From contig NIVC01000654.1 of NCBI GenBank assembly GCA_002269645.1, positions 433,220 through 460,438 of the forward strand: DNA of 27,219 nucleotides, written 5' to 3'. The notes beneath the pieces are model-generated. The model was given only the letters and a program-made list of their open reading frames with translations. It did no database searches and was not told the origin of the DNA. Made by a program: the position numbers and the translations under genes. Shown here piece by piece: positions 1 to 11,716 of the stretch (within the stretch, counting starts at the first letter, position 1; each line of letters begins with the position of its first letter). This stretch comes from Macrostomum lignano. Lineage: Eukaryota.

Positions 1-3000
1 TTCCTCTCCTCTCCTCTCCTCCCTCTCCTCTCCTCTCCATTCTCTCCTCTCTCCATTCTCTCCTCTCCTCTCCTCTCCTCTCCTCCTCTCCTCTCCTCTC
101 CTCTCCTCTACTCTCCTCTCCTCTCCTCTAAATCTCCTCTCCTCTCCTCTCCTCTCCTCTCCTCTCCTCTCCTCTCCATTCCTCTCTCCTCTCCTCTCCT
201 CTCCTCTCCTCTCTCTCCTCCTCTCCTCTCCTCTCCATTCCTCTCCTCTCCTCTGCTCTCCTCTCTCTCCTCTCCATTCCTCTCCTCTCCTCTCCTCTCC
301 TCTCCTCTCCTCTCCTCTCCTCTCCTCTCCTCTCCTCTCCTATCATTCCTCTCCTCTCCTCTCCTCTCCTCCCTCTCCTTCCATCTCCTCTCCTCTCCTC
401 TCCTCTCCTCTCCTCTCCTCTCCTCTCCTCTCCTCTGCCTCTCCTCTCCTTCTCTCCATTCCTCTCCTCTCCATTCCTCTCCTCTCCTCTCCTCTCCTAC
501 TCCTCTCCTCTCCTCTCCTCTCTCTCCATTCCTCTCCTCTCCTCTGCTCTCCTCTCCTCTCCTCTCCATTCCTCTCCTCTCCTCTTCTCTCCTCTCCTCT
601 CCTCTCCATTCCTCTCCTCTCCTCTCCTCTCCTCTCCTCTCCTCTCCTCTCCTCTCCATTCCTCTCCTCTCCTCTGCTCTCCTCTCCTCTCCTCTCCATT
701 CCTCTCCTCTCCTCTTCTCTCCTCTCCTCTCCTCTCCATTCCTCTCCTCTCCTCTACTCTCCTCTCCTCTCCTCTCCATTCCTCTCCTCTCCATTCCTCT
801 CCTCTCCTCTCCTCTCCTCTCCTCTCCTCTCCTCTCCTCTCCTCTCCTCTCCTCTCCTCTCCTCTCCTCTCCTCTCCATTCCTCTCCTCTCCTCTCCTCT
901 CCTCTCCTCTCGTCTCCTCTCCTCTCCTCTCCTCTCCTATCCATTCCTCTCCTCTCTTCTCCTCTCCATTCCTCTCCTCTCCTCTTCTCTCCTCTCCTCT
1001 CCTCTCCATTCCTCTCCTTTCCATTCCTCTCCTCTCCATTCCTCTCCTCTCCTCTTCTCTCCTCTCCTCTCCTCTCCATTCCTCTCCTCTCCATTCCTCT
1101 CCTCTCCTCTCCTCTCCTCTACTCTCCTCTCCTCTCCTCTCCATTCCTCTCCTCTCCTCTTCTCTCCTCTCCTCTCCTCTCCATTCCTCTCCTCTCCATT
1201 CCTCTCCTCTCCTCTCCTCTCCTCTACTCTCCTCTCCTCTCCTCTCCATTCCTCTCCTCTCCTCTACTCTCCTCTCCTCTCCTCTCCTCTCCTCTCCTCT
1301 CCTCTCCTCTACTCTCCTCTCCTCTCCATTCCTCTCCTCTCCTCTCCTCTCCTCTCCTCTCCTCTCCATTCCTCTCCTCTCCTCTCCTCTCCTCTCCTCT
1401 CCTCTCCATTTCTCTCCTCTCTCTCCTCTACTCTCCTCTCCTCTCCTCTCCTCTCCTCTCCATTCCTCTCCTCTCCATTCCTCTCCTCTCCTCTCCTCTC
1501 CTCTCCTCTCCTCTCCTCTCCTCTCCTCTCCTCTCCATTCCTCTCCTCTCCTCTCTCTCCTCTCCTCTCCTCTCCTCTCCATTCCTCTCCTCTCCTCTCC
1601 TCTCTTCTCCATTCCTCTCATTCCTCTCCTCTCCTCTCCTCTCCTCTCCTCTCCTCTCCATTCCTCTCCTCTCCATTCCTCTCTCTCTCCTCTCCTCTCC
1701 TCTCCTCTCCTCTCCTCTCCTCTCCTCTCTCTCCTCTCCTCTCCTCTCCTCTCCTCTCCTCTCCTCTCCTCTCCTCTCCTCTCCTCTCCTCTCCTCTCCT
1801 CTCCATTCCTCTCCTCTCCTCTCCTCTCCTCTCCTCTCCTCTCCTCTCCTCTCCTCTCCTCTCCATTCCTCTCCTCTCCTCTGCTCTCCCTCCTCTCCTC
1901 TCCATTCCTCTCCTCTCCTCTCCTCTCCTCTCCATTCCTCTCCTCTCCTCTTCTCTCCTCTCCTCCTCTCCATTCCTCTCCTCTCCTCTCCTCTCCTCTC
2001 CTCTCCTCTCCTCTCCATTCCTCTCCTTCCTCTGCTCTCCTCTCCTCTCCTCTCCATTCCTCCCCTCTCTTCTCTCTCTCCTTCTCTCTCTCCTTTCCTT
2101 CCTCCCTCCTCCTCCTCCCTCTCCTCTCCTCTCCTCTCCATTCCTCTCCTCTCATTCCTCTCTCTCCTCCTCCCTCTCCTCTCCTCTCCATTCCTCTCCT
2201 CTCCTCTTCTCTCCTCTCCTCTCCTCTCCATTCCTCTCCCCTCCTCTACTCTCCTCTCCTCTCCTCTCCATTCCTCTCCTCTCCATTCCTCTCCTCTCCT
2301 CTCCTCTCCTCTCCTCTCCTCTACTCTCCTCTTCTCCTCTCCTCTCCTCTCCTCTCCTCTCCTCTCCATTCCTCTCCTCTCCTCTCCTCTCCTCTCCTCT
2401 CGTCTCCTCTCCTCTCCTCTCCTCTCCTATCCATTCTCTCCTCTCTTCTCCTCTCCATTCCTCTCCTCTCCTCTTCTCTCCTCTCCTCTCCTCTCCATTC
2501 CTCTCCTTTCCATTCCTCTCCTCTCCATTCCTCTCCTCTCCTCTTCTCTCCTCTCCTCTCCTCTCCATTCCTCTCCTCTCCATTCCTCTCCTCTCCTCTC
2601 CTCTCCTCTACTCTCCTCTCCTCTCCTCTCCATTCCTCTCCTCTCCTCTCTCTCTCCTCTCTCCTCTCCATTCCTCTCCTCTCCATTCCTCTCCTCTCCT
2701 CTCCTCTCCTCTACTCTCCTCTCCTCTCCTCTCCATTCCTCTCCTCTCCTCTACTCTCCTCTCCTCTCCTCTCCTCTCCTCTCCTCTCCTCTCCTCTCCT
2801 CTCCTCTCCTCTCCTCTCCTCTCCTCTCCTCTCCTCTCCTCTCCTCTCCTCTCCATTCCATTCCTCTCCTCTCTCTCCTCCTCTCCTCTCCTCTCCATTC
2901 CTCTCCTCTCCTCTCCTCTACTCTCCTCTCCTCTCCTCTCCTCTCCTCTCCATTCCTCTCCTCTCCATTCCTCTCCTCTCCTCTCCTCTCCTCTCCTCTC

Positions 3001-4053
3001 CTCTCCTCTCCTCTCCTCTACTCTCCTCTCCTCTCCTCTCCATTCCTCTCCTCTCCTCTCCTCTCCTCTCCTCTCCTCTCCTCTCCATTCCTCTCCTCTC
3101 CTCTCCTCTCTTCTCCATTCCTCTCCATTCCTCTCCTCTCCTCTCCTCTCCTCTCCTCTCCTCTCCATTCCTCTCCTCTCCATTCCTCTCCTCTCCTCTC
3201 CTCTCCTCTCCTCTCCTCTCCTCTCCTCTCCTCTCCTCTCCTCTCCTCTCCTCTCCTCTCCTCTCCTCTCCTCTCCTCTCCCTCTCTCCTCTCCTCTCCT
3301 CTCCTCTCCTCTCCATTCCTCTCCTCTCCTCTCCTCTCCTCTCCTCTCCTCTCCTCTCCTCTCCTCTCCATTCCTCTCCTCTCCTCTGCTCTCCTCTCCT
3401 CTCCTCTCCATTCCTCTCCTCTCCTCTCCTCTCCTCTCCTCTCCTCTCCTCTCCTCTCCTCTCCTCTCCTATCCATTCCTCTCCTCTCCTCTCCTCTCCT
3501 CTCCTCTCCTCTCCATTCCTCTCCTCTCCTCTCCTCTCCTCTCCTCTCCTCTCCTCTCCTCTCCTCTCCTCTCCTCTCCTCTCCATTCCTCTCCTCTCCA
3601 TTCCTCTCCTCTCCTCTCCTCTCCTCTCCTCTCCTCTCCTCTCCTCTCCTCTCCTCTCCATTCCTCTCCTCTCCTCTGCTCTCCTCTCCTCTCCTCTCCA
3701 TTCCTCTCCTCTCCTCTTCTCTCCTCTCCTCTCCTCTCCATTCCTCTCCTCTCCTCTCCTCTCCTCTCCTCTCCTCTCCTCTCCTCTCCATTCCTCTCCT
3801 CTCCTCTGCTCTCCTCTCCTCTCCTCTCCATTCCTCTCCTCTCCTCTCTCTCCTCTCCTCTCCTCTCCTCTCCTCTCCTCTCCATTCCTCTCCTCTCCTC
3901 TCCTCTCCTCTCCTCTCCTCTCCATTCCTCTCCTCTCCTCTCCTCTGCTCTCCTCTCCTCTCCTCTCCTCTCCTCTCCATTCCTCTCCTCTCCTCTCCTC
4001 TGCTCTCCTCTCCTCTCCTCTCCATTCCTCTCCTCTCCATTCCTCTCCTCTCC
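1..4053. repeat. (TCTCC)n pentanucleotide satellite with CCATT, CTACT, CTGCT and CTTCT variants; runs off the left edge
   Basis: About 4 kb of almost pure pyrimidines on the + strand. It produces the ERRGE-type ORFs in the track. Confidence 0.98.
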
Positions 4054-4301
4054 TAGTTTATTTCTAAGAAAATCGAGTTTATAGCGTCAAGCGCCTAGAT
4101 GAGGAAGGAGGCTCCGAGACTCAAGCCTCACTTCAGCACTGAATTCCCGGTTCATAACGCTGTTGGCGTACCTGCTGCCTATGAATTATAAATGAGCTGC
4201 TGCTGCGCTATTTCATCGTTCCCTCTAAGCTGCGGGATTTAAAGTACAAAATAATTTGGCGTTTATTGTCTAAGCACCATCAATGGAAAAAGTTGAGTTT
4301 T

Positions 4302-4800
4302 CTGGCGCCCCTTGTTGCTGGCGCCCCTTGGTGCTGGCGCCCCTTGTTGCTGGCGCCCCTTGTTGCTGGCGCCCCTTGGTGCTGGCGCCCCTTGGTGCTG
4401 GCGCCCCTTGTTGATGGCGCCCCTTGTTGCTGGCGCCCCTTGGTGCTGGCGCCCCTTGGTGCTGGCGCCCCTTGGTGCTGGCGCCCCTTGGTGCTGGCGC
4501 CCCTTGGTGCTGGCGCCCCTTGGTGCTGGCGCCCCTTGGTGCTGGCGCCCCTTGGTGCTGGCGCCCCTTGGTGCTGGCGCCCCTTGGTGCTGGCGCCCCT
4601 TGGTGCTGGCGCCCCTTGGTGCTGGCGCCCCTTGGTGCTGGGGCCCCTTGGTGCTGGCGCCCCTTGGTGCTGGCGCCCCTTGGTGCTGGCGCCCTTGGTG
4701 CTGGCGCCCCTTGGTGCTGGCGCCCCTTGGTGCTGGCGCCCCTTGGTGCTGGCGCCCCTTGGTGCTGGCACCCCTTGGTGCTGGCGCCCATTGGTGCCCC
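4302..4800. repeat. 16-bp minisatellite GGCGCCCCTTGGTGCT, about 31 copies
   Basis: Direct tandem copies; early units read TTGTT instead of TTGGT. Confidence 0.97.
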
Positions 4801-4888
4801 TTAGTGCATCAATCTAATGCTCTTGATCAATAGCGCCCAGTCGATAGCGCCCCCAATAAAACGGCGCCTTCCAAAATAAGTACCTTTA

Positions 4889-5378
4889 TGGGCGCCCCTG
4901 TCTCTAAGTGGGCGCCCCTGCCCCCTTAGTGGGCGCCCCTGCCTCTTAGTGGGCGCCCCTGCCCCTTAGTGGGCGCCCCTGCCCCTTAGTGGGCGCCCCT
5001 GCCTCTTAGTGGGCGCCCCTGCCCCTTAGTGGGCGCCCCTGCCTCTTAGTGGGCGCCCCTGCCCCTTAGTGGGCGCCCCTGCCTCTTAGTGGGCGCCCCT
5101 GCCCCTTAGTGGGCACCCCTGCCTTTTAGTGGGCGCCCCTGCCTCTTAGTGGGCGCCCCTGCCTCTTAGTGGGCGCCCCTGCCCCTTAGTGGGCACCCCT
5201 GCCTCTTAGTGGGCGCCCCTGCCCTTTAGTGGGCACCCCTGCCTCTTAGTGGGCGCCCCTTCCCCTTAGTGGGCACCCCTGCCTCTTAGTGGGCGCCCCT
5301 GCCTCTTAGTGGGCGCCCCTGCCTCTTAGTGGGCGCCCCTTCCCCTTAGTGGGCGCCCCTGCCCCCTTAGTGGGCGCC
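4889..5378. repeat. 20-bp minisatellite GGGCGCCCCTGCC(T/C)CTTAGT, about 24 copies
   Basis: Direct tandem copies sharing the GGCGCCCCT core with the 16-bp array. Confidence 0.97.
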
Positions 5379-5545
5379 TCTGTTTCGTCTCACCTCCAGC
5401 AAAAAAATCACGACAAAAGGAAATGCGCTTTTTAACTAAACTGTGTCCAGGTACAATGTGTAACAATGTATTACGTAACTAAAAGCTTGGTTTACAATGT
5501 TTATGAAGTAAATTGAGTCCATGCAAAATTCATATAATGTATTAA

Positions 5546-5853
5546 TCATTTAAAGCCTTTATTCTCGTACGCAGCAGCCGACCGAGATGTTTCGAAGTCC
5601 ATATCCTCGGACGGTGTACCAGGCGCTTCGTTTCGTTGACGACGCATCATGACGACGCAAACAGCGATGGCGGTGATGAGCAGAGTGAGCAGTACTGTAC
5701 CGATTAACAGCAGGGCGGCCAGCAACAGGCTGCCTTCGGCCTCCTCAGTCTGCTGCTGACCAGCCGGAGCTGGCAATGCTGAATCGCAGTTTAGCCAGGA
5801 CTGATTGCCTCCCATTGTTGCTAAAGCCGTGTGTGGTCGCGATTACAGTCTGT
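5546..5853 (-). CDS. Probable terminal exon of a single-pass (type I) membrane protein
   Basis: GC-rich island in AT-rich DNA. Hydrophobic segment SLLLAALLLIGTVLLTLLITAIAVCVVM, then basic RRQR and a short tail ending YENKGFK-stop. Candidate acceptors on the - strand: TTCTTCCAG (exon from 5853, needs one indel) or GGCTTTAG (exon from about 5820). Upstream exons not found. Confidence 0.5.
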
Positions 5854-7379
5854 CTGGAAGAATTACCGCCCTAAGCACTGCATGCAGCATATATTATAAG
5901 ACTTTGAGAAATTGGAGAAAGAAAATTTACAATCCATAAGTTGTACAGTCGAGACAGTGCAGCAACAGCCGATCCACCCCCCAATCTATTAGGATATTTT
6001 ATCGATCAATCTCTATAGCAATTTTCCATATCCGCCATATGGCGCAGTGCATGTACGAGTTCTGCATATCGTGTGTGCTGCATGAGAGCGCTACTTTTAC
6101 ACGTAAAATTGTTTCGGGGCAGATCAAGTTTAGTCGAGGGCTTAAGCTTCCGTCTCAGTTTAAGCTATAACTATAGCTATACACATGTACATGTAATAGG
6201 TATCATGTAGGTACGCGTGTATGGATCACTAAAATCCAGTGAAGAATGCGGGGATCTTGTGACGCCCGCGCGGTCTTGAAAAGTTTATTTATTCAAAAGC
6301 TTTTTATAATTTGTTCTTAAAACAAACTCTTAAAAATAACCTGCGCATTAGACATCAGTCGTTTTGTTTTGGGAAAACATGCACGCTAGTACTGTACATG
6401 TGATCGAGTGCCCACAGCGCCAAGCTGAGTTTCTGCGATGCTAAAAGTGCCTGCGGCGCCAAAATGAGAGCCATATATGCGCAGCTCCAAAAATTAGCAA
6501 AGACAATTTTTCGTTATTTATTAATAATCCCCCAACAATGGAATCCATGGCGGTCTCCTTGTATTAAGCATACAGGACAGCTGCATGTGTGTTTGCATGC
6601 ATAATGTATGTACATTGTGTATTGAAATTTCGTATAAATAATTAATGTGTACGTGTAGAGTATACATGTAGGACCTAATTGGACCACTAAAAGATGCCAT
6701 CATTGTATCAGTAGAACGCAACACTCGTACATGTAAATAGGCAAAAGTAGAATGTATTTTTTGAAGGCAAGCATCGCTATAAATACAAAAGTAAAACGGG
6801 CCTTCAAATAAAAACGCCTCCGTCGAATCGCGCTTCACACAATCAAAACCGCGGCCATTGAGGTTAGAATTTTTTAACATTAACGTTCACTAAATTGGGT
6901 TGATACACTATTCAAACTGAATTGAAGGTATAAAACTTATTACATGTACAAGGCATGCATGAGCGGGGAAATTAAATTGCGTCGACACGGATATCTTATA
7001 GCTACACTTAATTATAAAGTCGATCGTCATTGAAAATCAACTTCTAAAGCAGCTTCGAAATAACTTGTAAAATCGATGGTAAATGCTACACAGATTCGAA
7101 TGAATACAAACCCAGTAGACCAAGGACTCTCTGTTGTCTTGGGCTTTTGCGCGCCATGGGGTGTGAAATTACATGATAACCATATGCAGTTATACATGCA
7201 TGTACAACCGATGGGCCAAATTTCGTGCACTATAGCAGCCCCGATAGCAGCAAATAATTTTAGCCACCCGCCACCACGGAACTGAACATGGGTTCGATGC
7301 TGAGCTGAGCTAATTCGCTAAAACGCTTTACATTATCACAATATACTAAATCTCTAAGGTTTGTCTGTCTGATATAATG

Positions 7380-7912
7380 GGGCGCTTCATAAGACCTAAA
7401 TTTCACAACGCCTAAAGCACATGACTTCATATCACCTAAATTTCATAACGCCTAAATTTCTTCACAACGCCTAAAATCGAAAATGCAGCCTCCTTCACAA
7501 CGCCTAAATTTCACATCGCCTAAATTTCACAACGCCTAAAATTTCTGCACGCTCCTTCACATCGCCTAAATTTCATATCGCCTAAATTTCACGCCTAAAA
7601 ATCTGCATGCTCTTTCATATCGCCTAAACTTCATATCGCCTAAATTTCACGACACCAAAAACTGAATGTGAAGGAGAGAAGCAAAGATTTTAGGCGTTGT
7701 GAAATTTAGGCGATATGAAATTTAGGCGATGTGAAGGAGGCTGCACTCTTTGATTTTAGGCGTTGTGAAATTTAGGCGATATGAAATTTAGGCGATGTGA
7801 AAGAGCGTGCAAATATTTTAGGCGTTTTGAAATTTAGGCGATATGAAATTTAGGCGTTGTGAAGTTTGGTGGTTTTAGGCGCTGTGAAATTTAGGTCTTA
7901 TGAAAGCGTCCC
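7380..7912. mobile_element. Non-autonomous Foldback/MULE-like DNA transposon with long modular inverted arms
   Basis: Left end GGGCGCTTCATAAGACCTAAATTTCAC; right end reverse complement GGGACGCTTTCATAAGACCTAAATTTCAC. Arms built from 15-bp CGCCTAAATTTCAYA subunits. Exact 9-bp direct repeat GATATAATG at 7371-7379 and 7913-7921. No coding capacity. Confidence 0.88.
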
Positions 7913-10287
7913 GATATAATGTCTTAGTATCAAATACGATTTTTGATAGTTTGAGCCTTTTATCAATGTTTTAGTCGTTTTAATGTCAATGCGATTTTTT
8001 GCTTCATGTATTTTATTATTAAAATAGATACTTTTATACTTATAGTGTCGAGATAAGGATATACTTTGTTAATACGATTGCAGTTTAAATGTAATAGAAA
8101 ATATATTATTTCTTACACTCTCTATACTATACTCTAGGTCTTATACTTATAAACGTTGGTCATTACCATTATGTTTACATTCTGTGCTCTCCGGAGGGGG
8201 CTGATTGGCTTAGTACCTTTTGTATAAACAATTTTTGTAAGTTCGTGGTACCTGAAGGGGTCAACTTGTCCACAACCCCTGCCTGAAGGGGGTCTAACAT
8301 GGCTAGTTATATTCTAGTAATAATTTCAAGTAGGCCTAGAGTTACACCCGTTGTTTACTAATGTCTGAAATTCTTTAAATGATATAAATATATAACAAAT
8401 CTTACGATGTGGCCTATCTACAAACATTAAATAGTGATAGCTAGAGTATCTTTATAGGCCTAAAACTCAGAAAATGAAATGAAGTTGGGCCAGATGCCCA
8501 GATCGTTATGCCTAGGCCTATGCTATGGTATCGTGTAGGCCTAATCGTGTACGGCCTAGTTAATTAAGTGCTTTCAACTGTCAGTCATCCGCCACCTGTA
8601 AAGTTGCAGTACTGGTCTGTATAGGCCTAACCCATGCGCAACCTCTGAACTTACTCTGGCTGTGCGACTTTTGGCTGAAAATAGGAAATTCGACTTACCC
8701 TAGGCCTAGTTTTGTTGAACAAAAGTGCTTAGTTTTGCGACTTTGTCTACCCATATCGTTTGACTTTTGTGCCTTTGACTTGTATTAAATTGTCATATTT
8801 GGTCATTGCTCAAATTTTTAGTTCAAGGCAATGACCTCTGCATTGACTAGGCCTAGGGCTAGGCCTAGCCATTTTTAAGCAGAATTTAGGCCTATCATAT
8901 TGGTCCTATGCTGATAATCCAATTTTATTCATATAGATCCATATCAATAATTTTAAGCTTATTCCCACAGTAGCTTTTTGGAATAGAGAACCTTAAAATG
9001 AATCTGTTAAAAAAACCATTTATTTGTTTTCACTGGTTTACAAATCTTCTAAATAAACTATTGAAAACTGAATAGTATTGAGTAGGCCTACTTTGTTAAA
9101 AATTTTTGGTCATTTAAAGGGTTAATTTTAAATATTTGCTTAGCTATCTGCTTTGCTTAGAATGACCAACTAGACCATAAGATTGGGGCAAATGAGACTT
9201 GCAAAATTTAAAATTCAATATGTAATAATAAATAATAATAATGACGATATCAATTTACCATCAGTACACAAAACTTAACACAAAAAAATTGTACAATCTT
9301 AATTATGCAGATAAGCTGAAAATTATTGACATGGATTTGTGTGGATAGAATTAGAATTATTGGCAGTCTTAGCCAGTCTATAGACTTGAATAGTGCTAGC
9401 TATTTCAAAAAGCTGCCATGGGGATAAGTTGGAAATTATTAACATGGATTCATATTGATAAAATTAGAATCATTGACATGGGACTATGGGGATAAACACT
9501 TCTAAAATAAAAATCCATGGACATTTTTCCCTAGGAGCACTTTATATATCTAGTGCCTAGAACAAAAAATTGACCAAGAGAGGTATATAAAGCAGTAGAT
9601 TTTTTGTAAGAAAGAACAATAATATTGTTGATATTAGATTTAAATATAGCAATGATTAAATTGGCACCCATATTAATTACCAAAGCTCCCCCAAGGCCAA
9701 AGAAGGGATTTTTTAATTATATTTTGTATATACATTTAGTTTTTTTATTAATATAAATTGCAAGAGTTAGGTTATTTCTTTAGGACAAATTTTACCTTGG
9801 ATTTTGTCTTAATATAGAAAGCTATAGCATTGCTATTGCCTTGAATTCTCTTGTTGTGAGTTTTATGAAAGTAAAACGACTAACTAAATAAGAGAATATT
9901 TATATCAGAGCTAAATTGAAAAGAGCAAGAGAAATAGTAGTAAGAAGGTATAGGGCCCAAACCAATATATTTAGAAAACCAACTTAAGGAGACGAGTTGA
10001 GCCTAGAATAAAATGAAAGAAGTGGAATGTGCAAATAAAAAGACACAAAATGGAGAGCCAATCAGATAGCAAGGAAGAGAAAGAGGAATAGCAAGGTTGA
10101 ACTAGACAAAGAGAAAAAAGAAAGTAAACAAAGAAAAGTGATGGTGGACTAAAGAAATGACTATAAAAAGTGCAATAGTAAAGGGTTTTTCCCATAGACA
10201 AAAAAGTAAAAATTTACAATCAATGAAAGTTTAGAGTAATAAAATTTATTAAAAGTCAGTTTAAGGCAATGGTCTAATAGGATTGCC

Positions 10288-10796
10288 CATAGTCAGGATC
10301 ATGGCACGCTTGTACCAGAACAAATCCTATCAAAAAAGTTTGATTGCACCATGCGCCAGAACAAATCCTATTAAAAAATTGCTTATGCCATGTGTCAAAA
10401 ATATTCCTAACAAAAAAGTTTGCTTGTATCAGTCATGTACTACAACATTTTAAAAAAATCAGTAATTTTCCATTTAAAAAACACTAGTAAAGCTTGTATT
10501 TGAATCTGTTTCATAGAAAATGCAATGGTAACATATGTTGATTAAAAAATCTATCAATACATTGTCAAAAAAGGTTCAAATAAAAAGAAATACATGCTAA
10601 TTTTCTGTCTCAAATAACTGTCTAATTGGAAGTTTTTGTTTTGCACCAAATTGTGCCAATTATTTTGTCTTGTGCCATATTACGCTAGATTTTTCTATTT
10701 TGCCTGCTGTTGCACCAGAATATGTCAGCATGGCGCATATCCAACCCCCTTTTATGCCAGAATTTTCCATGAAAAAGACCATTTTCCTGACTATGA
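10288..10796. mobile_element. Degenerate non-autonomous TIR element (MITE-like), about 509 bp
   Basis: Ends CATAGTCAGGATCATGG and CCATTTTCCTGACTATG are inverted repeats. Direct repeat AGGATTGCC at 10279-10287 and 10797-10805. Subterminal repeats CCAGAACAAATCCTAT. Ends uncertain by 1 bp. Confidence 0.65.
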
Positions 10797-11479
10797 AGGA
10801 TTGCCACTTATGTCAAATTTGATTTAAAGTAGGCCTAGGATTAAATCAATCTGATTTATATTATAGCTAACTATTATGCCTAAGCCTAAAAGACTTAATC
10901 CTTAAGATATGAGGATTTTTTAAATTGTATTATTCTTGCAATAGCATCCATGTACAAGACTGTAAGACTTGTACATATGATAGGCTTTCCATGACAATAA
11001 AAAAAATTTTTGTATCTGGTTTCTAAAGCTTAATATCATTTAATTTAGTTTCAAGTTCTGTATTTTATATTATTTATATTTAGTCTTAAGTATCAATTAT
11101 TTATATTATTATTAGGATATCAAGATTTCTATCAATTTGCAAATATAAATAATTTTAAGGGTATAAGAGGCTTATCAGGGCTAGGGTATAGTACTGAGTT
11201 TGGCTGGAATATGTATTTATGAAATATTGTTATTTTCTAATGCAATCTAGACTTGAAATGTTGGAGGGGTTCAAAAGTTTTTGGGGATTGGTATTATGAT
11301 AAAAGTTTTTTATTTTAATTGATTCTTGCAACCATTTCTAGTTAAATAATATATATTTCCTCAAATGCATGTTAACTGATCATTTGCAAGCCAGCATTGT
11401 GAGTAGCGCAAATCTCCTCAGAAATACACTGACTCTGAATTGAAAAAAAATTGATTAATTGTATTTGTTAACAATATAA

Positions 11480-11716
<237 letters not shown>

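Noticed and set aside
108-4040. Long ERRGE-rich ORFs on the - strand
   Set aside because: Translations of (GGAGA)n, which has no stop codon in any frame; all three frames are open.
4266-4833. WCWRPL and GAPAPR repeat ORFs on both strands
   Set aside because: Products of the 16-bp minisatellite; open in multiple frames with no splice or homology support.
4889-5378. Telomere-like reading of the TTAG-containing repeats, here and in the TCTG array
   Set aside because: No TTAGGG or CCCTAA tandem units.
7027-7300. Short ORFs on both strands and a GGTTCGATGC B-box-like motif at 7291
   Set aside because: No recognisable protein or cloverleaf. A - strand exon joining the membrane-protein exon is possible but the donor (GTTGTA) is weak.
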